Source: an uncultured Muribaculaceae bacterium | GTDB taxonomy: Bacteria; Bacteroidota; Bacteroidia; Bacteroidales; Muribaculaceae | NCBI GenBank assembly: GCA_947179295.1 | Contig: CAMXAZ010000003.1 | Span: forward strand, 46,630-110,629 | Length of the DNA stretch: 64,000 nt | Direction of reading: 5' to 3' | Shown here: positions 39,462 to 49,125 of the stretch, piece by piece | How the letters are laid out: every line of letters begins with the position of its first letter | Numbering within the stretch: the stretch's first letter is position 1 | Notes under the pieces: generated by a model | The model's input: the letters and a program-made list of their open reading frames with translations, nothing else | Databases searched by the model: none | Told to the model about the DNA's origin: nothing | Program-made: the position numbers and the translations under genes

Positions 39462-40337
39462 TTACATCACATTGAGCACCTGTTCCTTGATCTGCTCCAG
39501 CACATCTTTCATCTGCACTACCAGACGCTGCATCTGGGCATGATTGCTTTTTGATCCGAGAGTATTGATCTCGCGGCCCATTTCCTGAGCAATGAATCCG
39601 AGTTTCTTGCCCTGACCCCCTGCCGTCGCAAGGGTTTCCGTGAAATAATTCAGATGCTGGGTCAGACGCTGCTTTTCCTCGTTGACATCAAGCTTTTCGA
39701 TATAGAAGAATAGCTCCTGTTCCAGACGGCTGCGGTCATAATCTACATTGTGGATCTTGGCCAGACCATCTTCCATGCGTGTACGTATGCGCTCCACACG
39801 TTCAGTTTCATACTGCGGCACCTGGGCGAGCAATCCGCTTATGCGGTCTATGCGTTCTGCAAAAAAAGCTTCCAGCTTTTCGCCTTCGGTCCGGCGGTAA
39901 GCCATCAGGGCCTCAATGGCTTTTGACAGGGCTGTCATCACAGCCTCCACTTCATTATCGTCGGCCTGGGCCGGAGTTTCGCTCTTAATGACATCCGGAA
40001 AACGCATCAGCACCGTGTACCAGTCGGCAGGCGATGGGATGCCAAGTTCAGCCGCAGCCTGCTCCACATCCGCCTTATAGGCTCTGAGAGCGGACACATT
40101 AAGACGCACAGAGGCTTCAGACGCGACATTTTCCACATATATCGTAAGATCGACTTTACCACGTTCCAATGACGCTGCGATCAGGTTGCGCATTGCAAGT
40201 TCTTCAGCTCGCAAAGAAGACGGCACTCTGGCTGCTATATCAATCTGCTTGCTGTTAAGTGACTTAAGTTCAACCGTGATTTTCTTTCCGGGAAGCTCGG
40301 CCACAGCTTTTCCGAATCCCGTCATTGAGTATAACAT
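39462..40337 (-). CDS. yicC: YicC-family stress-induced protein
   Basis: MLYSMTGFG... N-terminus; C-terminal ...EMGREINTLGSK.... Confidence 0.88.
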   Translation of the reverse strand: MLYSMTGFGKAVAELPGKKITVELKSLNSKQIDIAARVPSSLRAEELAMRNLIAASLERGKVDLTIYVENVASEASVRLNVSALRAYKADVEQAAAELGIPSPADWYTVLMRFPDVIKSETPAQADDNEVEAVMTALSKAIEALMAYRRTEGEKLEAFFAERIDRISGLLAQVPQYETERVERIRTRMEDGLAKIHNVDYDRSRLEQELFFYIEKLDVNEEKQRLTQHLNYFTETLATAGGQGKKLGFIAQEMGREINTLGSKSNHAQMQRLVVQMKDVLEQIKEQVLNVM

Positions 40338-40370
40338 GATATGAGGTTTTATTAGAGCAATATTTTCTCA

Positions 40371-40378
40371 CAAAATTA
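40371..40378 (-). promoter_or_regulatory. -7 box TAATTTTG upstream of yicC (yicC-gmk-nadD-DUF5063-rpiB)
   Basis: Exact match on the minus strand, about 33 nt upstream of ATG 40337. Confidence 0.6.
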
Positions 40379-40400
40379 GTAATTTATCGGGAGAAACAAG

Positions 40401-40408
40401 TAACTTTG
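40401..40408 (+). promoter_or_regulatory. -7 box TAACTTTG upstream of tsaB
   Basis: Exact match, 62 nt before ATG 40471. Divergent from the yicC promoter. Confidence 0.6.
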
Positions 40409-40470
40409 TTTTAAATTTTCACTCTCAGCCCTTTTATCCGGGTCTGTACACCATAACTTACAGCATAACA

Positions 40471-41169
40471 ATGGCCGTAATTCTAAACATCGAAACATCA
40501 GTCGACCACTGTTCGGTGGCACTTACCGCCGAAGGAATGGTCCTTGCCCATCAGGAAGAAGGTGGCGGCAGAAATCATGCCGCTCTTCTAAGCGACTACA
40601 TAAAATATTGCCTTGACTTTGCCCGCGAAAAAGAATTGCAGCTTGAAGCTGTAGCTGTTTCTTTAGGACCGGGAAGCTACACCGGATTACGCATCGGTCT
40701 GTCTGAAGCCAAAGGTCTTGCCTACGCGCTGGGCATCCCCCTGATCGGAATAGACACCTTGAGAATCATGGCCTGCAACGTGATGTTTACACAGGAACTT
40801 GAAGGCGATGAAATTTTCGTCCCGATGGTCGACGCACGACGCATGGAGGTCTATACCGCTGCTTTTGACTTCGCTCTCGAACCGGTTATGGAGCAGCAGG
40901 CTCTCATTCTTGAACCTGACAGCTACCGGGATCTTATAAGCCGCTATCCGCGCATACTGATGTTCGGCAACGGCAGCGACAAGGCCCGCCAAGTGATCAC
41001 GGCTCCTAATGTCACATTCATTCCTGACATCCATCCGCTGGCAATTGATATGATAGCTCTTGCCGAACGCGCCTACTCCCGCAAGGAATTCATTGACATT
41101 GCCTACAGTGTCCCAAACTACATCAAAGACTTTCAGGCTTCGACACCCCGGAAAAACGTATTGGAGTGA
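40471..41169 (+). CDS. tsaB: tRNA t6A biosynthesis protein TsaB
   Basis: ILNIETSVDHCSVAL..., ...GPGSYTGLRIGLSEAKGLA.... Confidence 0.9.
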   Translation: MAVILNIETSVDHCSVALTAEGMVLAHQEEGGGRNHAALLSDYIKYCLDFAREKELQLEAVAVSLGPGSYTGLRIGLSEAKGLAYALGIPLIGIDTLRIMACNVMFTQELEGDEIFVPMVDARRMEVYTAAFDFALEPVMEQQALILEPDSYRDLISRYPRILMFGNGSDKARQVITAPNVTFIPDIHPLAIDMIALAERAYSRKEFIDIAYSVPNYIKDFQASTPRKNVLE

Positions 41170-42332
41170 AAGAGGACTTCAACAGACTACGACTAAAGCA
41201 TCATGGAGATCCGGCCATGATGCACCGGATACTGCAGCTTGAATGCCGCAGCAAGACAGCGTCAAAACTGCCTGAGACCCTTCGTTGCGAAAATTTCAGT
41301 TTCCCGTCTCTTGCAGTGGCCGAAATGGCTACGTCCGACGCCATTGCCCGGCTCCACACCGACCTGATAGCAGCCGGAAGCAATGTGCTTGACATGACTT
41401 TCGGTCTTGGGATCGACTCTTTCCACTTCGCATCAAAGGCCGCACATGTGACAGCACTGGAATATAACCATGAAACCTACATGACCGGCAAAGCCAACAT
41501 CCAGGCACTCGGCATTCAGAATCTATCCCTCATAGAAGGTGACAGCATCAGCTGGCTGAAGAATAACGACCGATGCTTCGACATAATCTTCATCGACCCC
41601 GCACGTCGTGACAATGCCGGACGACACTTCGCTCTTAAAGACTGCCAGCCAGACATAATCCCCGTCATGCCTCTGCTCCTGTCACGCTGCCGGAGGCTTA
41701 TCGTCAAGGCATCGCCGATGCTTGACATCAAAAAGACTATCGAAGAATCAGGAGTCAGCTGCGACATCCTGACCATCGGCACCGTAAAAGAATGCAAGGA
41801 ACTTGTGCTTGTGATTGACAGTCCCGAAGGCCACTCTGAAAATCAGCCGTCAAGGCTGTCGACAACCTGCCTGACAGTCGGCCAAGAGCCTTTCAAATTT
41901 ACCCCCGACGAAGAACTTCAGACAGTACCGACTCACGCTCTGCCCGAAAAAGGAGGCTTTCTGCTTGAGCCATACCCCGCTGTAATGAAGGGTGGCGGCA
42001 TGAGACTGCTGTCTGTCCGTTACGGCGTGGACAGGCTACACCCCAACACCAACCTCTTTACCACTCAGTCACTGCCGGACTCCTTTCCCGGCGAATACTT
42101 CAGCATACTCGAAGTGCTGTCTTTCGACAAAAAGTCCGTAAAACGTTTCCCGGCTAATTACCCTCACATAAATGTAGCGGTCCGGAATTTTCCTCTGAGC
42201 GCGCCCCAGCTTGCAGCAAAATTGAAAATAAAGGAAGGTGGAGACCGCATGGTATTCGGCACAACAGGTCCTGACGGCCAAAAACTTCTGATCGTCACGT
42301 CAATGGGCCGTCCATGCGAATCTAAAATTTAG
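41166..42332 (+). CDS. class I SAM-dependent methyltransferase with a THUMP-like C-terminal region
   Basis: GTG start in a GTGA overlap with the tsaB stop. Motif I VLDMTFGLGIDS and motif IV IFIDPARR. Confidence 0.65.
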   Translation: MKEDFNRLRLKHHGDPAMMHRILQLECRSKTASKLPETLRCENFSFPSLAVAEMATSDAIARLHTDLIAAGSNVLDMTFGLGIDSFHFASKAAHVTALEYNHETYMTGKANIQALGIQNLSLIEGDSISWLKNNDRCFDIIFIDPARRDNAGRHFALKDCQPDIIPVMPLLLSRCRRLIVKASPMLDIKKTIEESGVSCDILTIGTVKECKELVLVIDSPEGHSENQPSRLSTTCLTVGQEPFKFTPDEELQTVPTHALPEKGGFLLEPYPAVMKGGGMRLLSVRYGVDRLHPNTNLFTTQSLPDSFPGEYFSILEVLSFDKKSVKRFPANYPHINVAVRNFPLSAPQLAAKLKIKEGGDRMVFGTTGPDGQKLLIVTSMGRPCESKI

Positions 42333-42360
42333 GGGCCGAAGTTTTTCAGACTTCAGCCCC
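42332..42360. terminator. hairpin between the convergent methyltransferase gene and rlmB
   Basis: ggggccgaagt / acttcagcccc, 10 of 11 bp paired with a 7-nt loop. The U-tracts are weak. Confidence 0.5.
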
Positions 42361-42391
42361 CGTATTTCTTGCTTTAAGTAAACCTTCAGGA

Positions 42392-43147
42392 TCAGATGAT
42401 TTCGAGGTTGGCATCCAGACGCTGGCGCACTACCTCGTATATCATTACTCCGGCAGCCACCGAAACGTTAAGCGAGCCGATATTTCCAAACATCGGAATA
42501 CCTACGCGGGTCTCGCACTGCTTCATTGCCTCAGGAGAGATGCCCACATCCTCAGCTCCCATAACGATAGCCACCGGATCGGAATATTTCCCTTCCGTAT
42601 AGTTGATATCTGACTTTTCAGTCACGGCAACAACATTATATCCGTTTTCACGCAGGAACTTTGCAGCCCATGCAATCGAAGAAACCCGACACACCGGAAT
42701 ATGATGCAAGGCTCCGGCCGATGTCTTTATCGCATCTCCGCCCACTGACACACTGCCATGCTCCGGGATAACTATGGCATCAACTCCGGCACATTCACAT
42801 GTACGGGCTATCGCTCCGAAATTTCTTACATCCGTTATACCGTCAAGCAGCACTATAAACGGCAATATTCCGGCCTCATACAATTCCGGCACAATATGAT
42901 CAAGCCTGTGATATGTGACAGCCGACATCATAGCCAGCACACCCTGATGATTCTTGCGGGTAATACGGTTGATGCGTTCCACGGGCACTCGCTGCATCAC
43001 AACTCTGTTGGCACGAGCCAACGCGATCAGTTCAGAAGCAAGGTCACCTTGCAGATCTTTCGCTATAAAAATCTTATCAATTTCTTTTCCGGCTTCGATA
43101 GCCTCCATAACAGCCCTGAGGCCATAGATATAATCGTTGCGGTCCAC
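42392..43147 (-). CDS. rlmB: 23S rRNA (guanosine-2'-O)-methyltransferase RlmB (SpoU/TrmH family)
   Basis: GTG start. N-terminal SpoU_sub_bind (IYGLRAVMEAIEAG). SpoU motifs IVMGAEDVGIS and IPMFGNIGSLNVSVAAGVMIYE. Confidence 0.88.
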   Translation of the reverse strand: MDRNDYIYGLRAVMEAIEAGKEIDKIFIAKDLQGDLASELIALARANRVVMQRVPVERINRITRKNHQGVLAMMSAVTYHRLDHIVPELYEAGILPFIVLLDGITDVRNFGAIARTCECAGVDAIVIPEHGSVSVGGDAIKTSAGALHHIPVCRVSSIAWAAKFLRENGYNVVAVTEKSDINYTEGKYSDPVAIVMGAEDVGISPEAMKQCETRVGIPMFGNIGSLNVSVAAGVMIYEVVRQRLDANLEII

Positions 43148-43189
43148 GTCTTTATTCTATTTTTCTATTATATAACTTATTCCTTTTTA

Positions 43190-44851
43190 CTATCCCTGGG
43201 CCAGCAGGCTTCTTGCCGCCGCAATGGCCGTCTCGTCAATGTCTGCTCCGCCAAGCATAGCAGCTATTGATCTCACTCGCTCCTCATCGCTCAGAAGCGA
43301 TATGCGGGTGTGGGTCGACTGCTCGTCATCCTCTTTGTAGACCCGATACTGGTGTGCGCCTTTTGATGCCACCTGAGGGAGATGAGTAATGGTGGTGACC
43401 TGAATATTTTCAGAAATATCCTTCATCATCTGCCCCATACGGTTAGCGACATCACCTGACACTCCGGTGTCAATTTCATCAAATATAATGCTTGGCAACT
43501 GCATACGCGAAGCGATGATCGACTTTATCGAAAGCATCAGTCGAGAAATTTCACCGCCGGAGGCAGTGGCACCAACCGGCATAAGCGGCTGATTCTTGTT
43601 GAATGCCACCATGAACTCAACATTGTCACATCCGGTAGCTGTCATATCAGCCGGAGTCACACTGATTTCACAACGCAGATTTTTCATGCCCAAAGGCATG
43701 GCTATTTCTGTCAGCCGCCGGCCAAAACGCTCGGCTTCCTCCTTTCTGGCATTGGAAATTTCCTGAGCGGCCTCTCTGGCAAGGGCCTTTGCCCTGCGCG
43801 CGTCACGCTCAAGTTCTTCAAGAGTCTCGTCAGAACTGTCAAGAGCCCTGAGTTTCTCTCTCAGAGAATCACGCAGATCAATCAGCCCGTCGGCATCGGC
43901 CACATGATGTTTGTGGCAGAGAGAGTAGATGGCCCCCAACCGTTCTTCAATCGAAGCAAGGGCTGCCGGGTCCGCACCAAGGCTTTCGTCAAGCACACTG
44001 AAAGTCGAGGCAATATCAGCCAGTTCTATTTTCGCCGACTCCAGACGTTCCGGAATTGCGTCTGAGGCATCAAGCAGGTCTCCAAGGTCATTACATGCCT
44101 CGATAGCCTTCTCCACAAGACGCAACGCACCGCCGCTATCTCCGTCAAGCGCACCTGATGCTTTGGCCAAAGCTTCCTTTATGGATGCAAGGTTGGTCAT
44201 CACATCGCGTTCACGCTCAAGTTCAGCCTGTTCGCCACGCTGCAGTCCGAGTTCTTCTATCTGCTCAAGCTGATAGCGGGTAAACTCTTCGTCCTCACGC
44301 GAACGTTCTATTCTCGCCCGCGCGGTTTTCAGACGCTTGATTGCCTCACGCAAGGCGTTGAACCTTACCTGATATGCCTTAAGCCGGCTGGAATTACCGG
44401 CAAGAGTGTCAATCACGTCAAGCTGAAACGCCGGAGTTGAAAGCAACTGATTCTGATGCTGGGAGTGGATGTCAATCAGATGGAGACTGACCTCCCTCAG
44501 CTTTGTAAGAGGCACCGGTGAATCATTGACAAAAGCGCGCGAACGCCCTGCGGGAGAAATTTCACGCCGCAGAATGCAGCGGTCATCATCCCACTCGATG
44601 TCTTCCTGCAGGCAGAATTCCTTGAGCAAGGGATAGTCTTTGACTGAAAACACTGCTTCAATAACGCTTTTGGTATCCGGGTCTGTCACCACACGGGTAT
44701 CAGCCCTCGCGCCAAGCAGGAGTGAGAGAGCGCCAAGAATGATTGACTTGCCGGCTCCGGTTTCGCCGGTAATAACATTGAATCCGGGATGGAAGTCAAT
44801 GTCGATAAGGTCAATCAACGCATAGTTCGATATGTGGAGTGATTCTAACAA
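43190..44851 (-). CDS. recN: DNA repair protein RecN
   Basis: TTG start gives (M)LESLHISNYALI. Walker A GETGAGKS, long coiled coil, signature ASGGEISR, Walker B IIFDEID. Confidence 0.93.
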   Translation of the reverse strand: MLESLHISNYALIDLIDIDFHPGFNVITGETGAGKSIILGALSLLLGARADTRVVTDPDTKSVIEAVFSVKDYPLLKEFCLQEDIEWDDDRCILRREISPAGRSRAFVNDSPVPLTKLREVSLHLIDIHSQHQNQLLSTPAFQLDVIDTLAGNSSRLKAYQVRFNALREAIKRLKTARARIERSREDEEFTRYQLEQIEELGLQRGEQAELERERDVMTNLASIKEALAKASGALDGDSGGALRLVEKAIEACNDLGDLLDASDAIPERLESAKIELADIASTFSVLDESLGADPAALASIEERLGAIYSLCHKHHVADADGLIDLRDSLREKLRALDSSDETLEELERDARRAKALAREAAQEISNARKEEAERFGRRLTEIAMPLGMKNLRCEISVTPADMTATGCDNVEFMVAFNKNQPLMPVGATASGGEISRLMLSIKSIIASRMQLPSIIFDEIDTGVSGDVANRMGQMMKDISENIQVTTITHLPQVASKGAHQYRVYKEDDEQSTHTRISLLSDEERVRSIAAMLGGADIDETAIAAARSLLAQG

Positions 44852-44942
44852 ATCTTGAATTTTTATGAGTGAGAGTTTCTATGAAGGAGTAGGCTTTATG
44901 CCACATTATATAAATATGTATAGCTTCTGAAGCCGGAGGTTA

Positions 44943-45854
44943 TCACTGATCGCCACGTTTGATTTTTTCGAGACGCTGCTGCTCGGTTGGAAATATCGCC
45001 GAAAGCACGTCATAGGCATGCTGACGCTCTTCCGTCGTGGCTTTTGAATAGATATTTACCAGTTCATCAAGTTTGGCATCCTTGAACATCGAAAGCCCGA
45101 CAGACATTGGTGCGACCTTATAAATTTCAGTCAGTATATCCAATGACTCGTCAATGGTCTTACGCCCTTTATCCGGACTGACCGACATCTGGTCAAGTCC
45201 CTGCAGATGGTAGCTGTAATAGAGATCACGCATTTTGCGCATTGACGGATCAGTGAAAGCCGCAAGTACGGCAGCTCTGTTCTTAGTATCTTCAAACGCT
45301 TTCCATCCGCTTTCGCCCGATGACTGCCCCTGATGGACAATTGTCTCAAGACGTTCGAAGAACTGATCGCCACCACGTGGAGAAAACGAATCAAAATCCA
45401 CAGCGAGAATCAGATAGATATAGAAATTCAGAATCTGTGTCAGCTGGCTCTCCATATTGGTATCGGAATGGATCAGAGGCTCGTTTTCCTGATATGCAAA
45501 TTCAATCTTGTTGTCCTTGAAGTTGATCAGAGTTGTTGTGTATGACGAATTGTAGACAGGTCTGATTGACTGCACCTGTAGTGAACCTTCCATCGCCCCG
45601 GATGATTCATCATATTTCGTGATCGTAAAAAACAGAGTGCATTCAATCTTCTCGTTAGGTGAAAACTGGGCACTGGTCCACTGAGTAGTGTTGACATACT
45701 CATTGACCGCATTCTGCAAGGTTTCAAAAACGCCCTTGTTTGTTCCCTCAAGCTGCGAAGTGTTGATTTCAACACGACAATTCAGTTCCTGGCCCACAGC
45801 AGAGACAGAAAACAGAATAGCAAAAAGAAACGAAACAAGAGTTTTCATCGGCAT
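44943..45854 (-). CDS. DUF4835-family secreted protein (named PorD in some T9SS literature and annotation; from memory)
   Basis: Signal peptide MPMKTLVSFLFAILFSVSAVGQ; 303 aa. Conserved location between coaBC and recN in Bacteroidota. Confidence 0.6.
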   Translation of the reverse strand: MPMKTLVSFLFAILFSVSAVGQELNCRVEINTSQLEGTNKGVFETLQNAVNEYVNTTQWTSAQFSPNEKIECTLFFTITKYDESSGAMEGSLQVQSIRPVYNSSYTTTLINFKDNKIEFAYQENEPLIHSDTNMESQLTQILNFYIYLILAVDFDSFSPRGGDQFFERLETIVHQGQSSGESGWKAFEDTKNRAAVLAAFTDPSMRKMRDLYYSYHLQGLDQMSVSPDKGRKTIDESLDILTEIYKVAPMSVGLSMFKDAKLDELVNIYSKATTEERQHAYDVLSAIFPTEQQRLEKIKRGDQ

Positions 45855-45868
45855 CCGTGATCGTAAAA

Positions 45869-47092
45869 TTAGGAAACTGTCTGCTTCTTAAGAAGCCCGG
45901 TTATCGAGTCAACCACATCGGCAGCGACAGCCTGCTTCGATTTAAGTCCGAATTCAGTTCGTCCGCCGTCGGCAGTCATCACAGTCACTTTATTCGTATC
46001 TGTCCCGAAACCGGCGCCGGAGTCCCGCAATGAATTAAGCACTATCATGTCAAGATTCTTGGCTTGCATCTTGCCGACAGCGTTTTCAAATTCATGGTCA
46101 GTCTCCAGGGCAAAGCCCACGAGAATCTGGCCATCGCGCTTTTCAGAGCCAAGTGTTTTGGCGATGTCCGGATTCTTTACCAGTTTAATAACCGGTACTT
46201 CGTCGCGCTCACGCTTTATTTTCCTGTCAGCGACATCGGCCGGGGCATAATCAGCCACAGCAGCGCACATGACAGATATATCGCTCTGCGGAAACGCCTC
46301 TTCACAAGCCTGAAGCATCTGGCGGGCCGATTCCACTTTCACAAGCCTGACGGCAGGACTTTTCACCGTAAGTGAAACAGGCCCGCTCACAAGCGTGACT
46401 TCCGCACCACGCGAGGCAAACTCCTCGGCAATGGCATAGCCCATTTTGCCGGATGAAAAATTACCTATAAATCTGACCGGATCAATGCGCTCATATGTCG
46501 GACCGGCCGTCACAAGCACCTTTTTGCCTTTAAGATCTCCTTCTGCAGCAAAATAGGCTTCGACAGCTCTGAAAATGTTTTCCGGTTCCTCCATGCGGCC
46601 CTTGCCGACCAGCCCGCTGGCAAGCTCCCCGCTCTCAGGCTCTATGATTATATTGCCGTAACTGCGCAGGAGATCTATATTTGCCGTGGTAGAGGGATGG
46701 GCCATCATATCGAGGTCCATTGCCGGAGCGACAAACACCTTGGACTTGGCCGAAAGATAGGTTGTCACAAGCATATTGTCAGCAATACCGTGAGCCATCT
46801 TGCCTATAGTCGAAGCTGTGGCCGGAGCGATCACCATGCAGTCGGCCCAGAGTCCGAGATCCACATGCGAATGCCATTCTCCGGTATTGGCAGTGAAAAA
46901 TTCGCTGACAACCGGCTTTTGGCTCAGCGAAGACAGAGTCACGGGAGTGATGAACTGTTTTCCTGCCGGAGTGATCACCACCTGCACCTCGGCTCCGGCC
47001 TTGACAAAGAGGCGAAGCAGAGAGACGGATTTGTAAGCGGCTATCCCCCCGCAAATACCAAGGATGATATGCTTGCCTGCAAGCGCGCTCAT
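45869..47092 (-). CDS. coaBC: bifunctional phosphopantothenoylcysteine decarboxylase / phosphopantothenate-cysteine ligase
   Basis: ILGICGGIAAYK flavoprotein N-domain, ...PAMDLDM..., C-terminal ...RFIGNFSSGKMG.... Confidence 0.93.
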   Translation of the reverse strand: MSALAGKHIILGICGGIAAYKSVSLLRLFVKAGAEVQVVITPAGKQFITPVTLSSLSQKPVVSEFFTANTGEWHSHVDLGLWADCMVIAPATASTIGKMAHGIADNMLVTTYLSAKSKVFVAPAMDLDMMAHPSTTANIDLLRSYGNIIIEPESGELASGLVGKGRMEEPENIFRAVEAYFAAEGDLKGKKVLVTAGPTYERIDPVRFIGNFSSGKMGYAIAEEFASRGAEVTLVSGPVSLTVKSPAVRLVKVESARQMLQACEEAFPQSDISVMCAAVADYAPADVADRKIKRERDEVPVIKLVKNPDIAKTLGSEKRDGQILVGFALETDHEFENAVGKMQAKNLDMIVLNSLRDSGAGFGTDTNKVTVMTADGGRTEFGLKSKQAVAADVVDSITGLLKKQTVS

Positions 47093-47850
47093 TTCATTGC
47101 GAGTTTAATGCGGGTGAAACAATCTTTTGTATTCTGCGCAAAGTCACCTTTCATGATCCAGTCATAATACGAAGGGTCCTTGCGCAGCACATCCGTAACG
47201 GGCTGCCCTTTGTATTTGCCGAAGTTCACCAGTTCGCGGTCATTGTCATCAAGAATGATGCGGCCCATGAAATCGACATTGCGGTTGACTCTGGAATACT
47301 TGCTGAGCTCTTCCATGTCGTTCGGCAGATCGTCATAGCGGTCAAGCTGCGCCTTAAGCACCTCGTAAGTAGCGCGGGTGTCGGCATTGGCTGAATGCGC
47401 GCCATCAAGATCCTTGCCGCAATAGAATTTATAAGCGGCAACAAGCGTGCGCTGTTCTTTCTTATGGAAGATTGTCTGCACGTCGATAAAACGTGCTTTC
47501 GAAAAGTCGAACTTGACGCCCGAACGCTGGAATTCCTGATCAAGCATCGGCACATCGAAACGGTTTGAATTGAAGCCGGCTATGTCACACCCGGTCAGCT
47601 CATTGGCCAGAGACCGCGCAATCTGTCGAAATGTCGGTTCCCCGGCCACATCCTCGTCTGTGATATGATGGACAGCTGTGGCCTCGGCCGGAATCGGCAT
47701 TTCAGGATTGACCCGGCGGGTCTTTTCGATCTCCTGCCCGTCAGGCATTATCTTTATCAGCGAAATTTCGACTATACGGTCATGGAGAATATCCACACCG
47801 GTGGTCTCAAGATCAAAAAATACTATTGGCTTCTTCAGATTAAGCTGCAT
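47089..47850 (-). CDS. DnaQ-like 3'-5' exonuclease with an extra C-terminal domain
   Basis: ExoI VFFDLETTG, ExoII GFNSNRFDVPML, ExoIII HSANADTRATYEV. A C-terminal segment of about 70 aa (FGKYKGQPVTDVLRKDPSYYDWIMKGDF). ATGA overlap with coaBC. Confidence 0.85.
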   Translation of the reverse strand: MQLNLKKPIVFFDLETTGVDILHDRIVEISLIKIMPDGQEIEKTRRVNPEMPIPAEATAVHHITDEDVAGEPTFRQIARSLANELTGCDIAGFNSNRFDVPMLDQEFQRSGVKFDFSKARFIDVQTIFHKKEQRTLVAAYKFYCGKDLDGAHSANADTRATYEVLKAQLDRYDDLPNDMEELSKYSRVNRNVDFMGRIILDDNDRELVNFGKYKGQPVTDVLRKDPSYYDWIMKGDFAQNTKDCFTRIKLAMK

Positions 47851-47865
47851 GATCTCAAGATTCTT

Positions 47866-48999
47866 TTAGAAGTCTGTTACGTTCATCGGCATGAGGAGCA
47901 TGGTCAGACGAGTGTCTGCCTTGTCTTCAGTCGGGAGAATCACAGCCGGTTTTGAAGGATCGGCAAGCTTGAAGATGATATCTTCCGTCCAAAGCACTCC
48001 TGCGAGTTCCGACAGATATGAAGAGCTGAAGCCGATAACCATATTGCTGCCGGTGAAATCAGCCGACAGAGTTTCCACACCGGAAGTATTGTATTCATTG
48101 TCCGATGCCTTGATTGTTACCCGTTCGGGAGTGACGTTGAACTTGATCAGGCCATGACCTTCATCTACAAAAAGGCTCACCCGGCGCACTGCTGTGGTGA
48201 ATGAGTGGCGGTTGACGGTGAGAGTGAAGGGATTGTTTTCCGGTATAACTCTTGTGTAATCGGGATAGCGGCCTTTGACCAGACGGCTTTCAAAGGTGAA
48301 TGTGTCGGTTTCAAACGTAACGCCGGTCTGCTGGTCGAGTTTCACTGTGACTTCCTCATCACGGGTGAAAACGCTGCGGAACACGTTGGTCGACTTGTTG
48401 GGCAGGATGAATGAGCCTTCGATTTCAGGCGCAAGACTATAGTCTTCGAAACGCACAAGTTTGTGAGTGTCTGTGGCGACAAAAACGAGTTTGTCAGGCT
48501 TGATGTCCCAATACACACCCATCATCTGCGGACGGAGCATGTCTGTACCGGCTGCAAAAGAGGTGTATTCCAGACCTCTGAGAAGAGCCGAGCCCGGAGC
48601 CTTGAACACCAGAAGGTTTTCCGACTGCTTGCTGCGGTCGAAATGCGGGTATTCCGAGCCTTTGAGCCCCATGAATTTATAAGATCCGTTCGGATGAGAC
48701 ATCTCTACAGCAAGAGTGTCTTCGTCAATCACGAAATTGAGTTCCTGCTCAGGCATCACACGGAGGAGTTCCACAATGCGGCGCGCGTCAATACAGAATT
48801 CGCCCTCGCCTTCGACATCCATGATAGGAATTCGTCCGCAAAGCATGTTCTCACCGTCACATGCGGTGATTGTCAGCACACTGCCTTCTATCGAAAAGAG
48901 GAAATTATTAAGAATAGTCAACGCATTTTTCGCATTGATCACCTTGCTTACCGATGAAGCGAAATTATGAAGTGTCTTACTTGGAACGGTAAATTTCAT
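47866..48999 (-). CDS. dnaN: DNA polymerase III beta sliding clamp
   Basis: ATG 48999 gives MKFTVPSKTLHNFASSVSKVIN. Three-domain clamp length; C-terminus ...LLMPMNV. Confidence 0.92.
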   Translation of the reverse strand: MKFTVPSKTLHNFASSVSKVINAKNALTILNNFLFSIEGSVLTITACDGENMLCGRIPIMDVEGEGEFCIDARRIVELLRVMPEQELNFVIDEDTLAVEMSHPNGSYKFMGLKGSEYPHFDRSKQSENLLVFKAPGSALLRGLEYTSFAAGTDMLRPQMMGVYWDIKPDKLVFVATDTHKLVRFEDYSLAPEIEGSFILPNKSTNVFRSVFTRDEEVTVKLDQQTGVTFETDTFTFESRLVKGRYPDYTRVIPENNPFTLTVNRHSFTTAVRRVSLFVDEGHGLIKFNVTPERVTIKASDNEYNTSGVETLSADFTGSNMVIGFSSSYLSELAGVLWTEDIIFKLADPSKPAVILPTEDKADTRLTMLLMPMNVTDF

Positions 49000-49026
49000 A
49001 TCGTTTTTGTTTGAGTTTTTATCCCA

Positions 49027-49034
49027 CAAAGTTA
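49027..49034 (-). promoter_or_regulatory. -7 box TAACTTTG upstream of dnaN
   Basis: Exact match on the minus strand, 27 nt upstream of ATG 48999. Supports the shorter dnaN start. Confidence 0.6.
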
Positions 49035-49077
49035 GCACAAAATTTCGCAATTAGCAACCGGCAAAAAATTAAATTCG

Positions 49078-49085
49078 TAACTTTG
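49078..49085 (+). promoter_or_regulatory. -7 box TAACTTTG upstream of the EamA transporter gene
   Basis: Exact match, 40 nt before ATG 49126. Confidence 0.6.
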
Positions 49086-49125
49086 CACGATTTTTTGAAA
49101 TAGCGTCCAACTAACACTGTCTATC

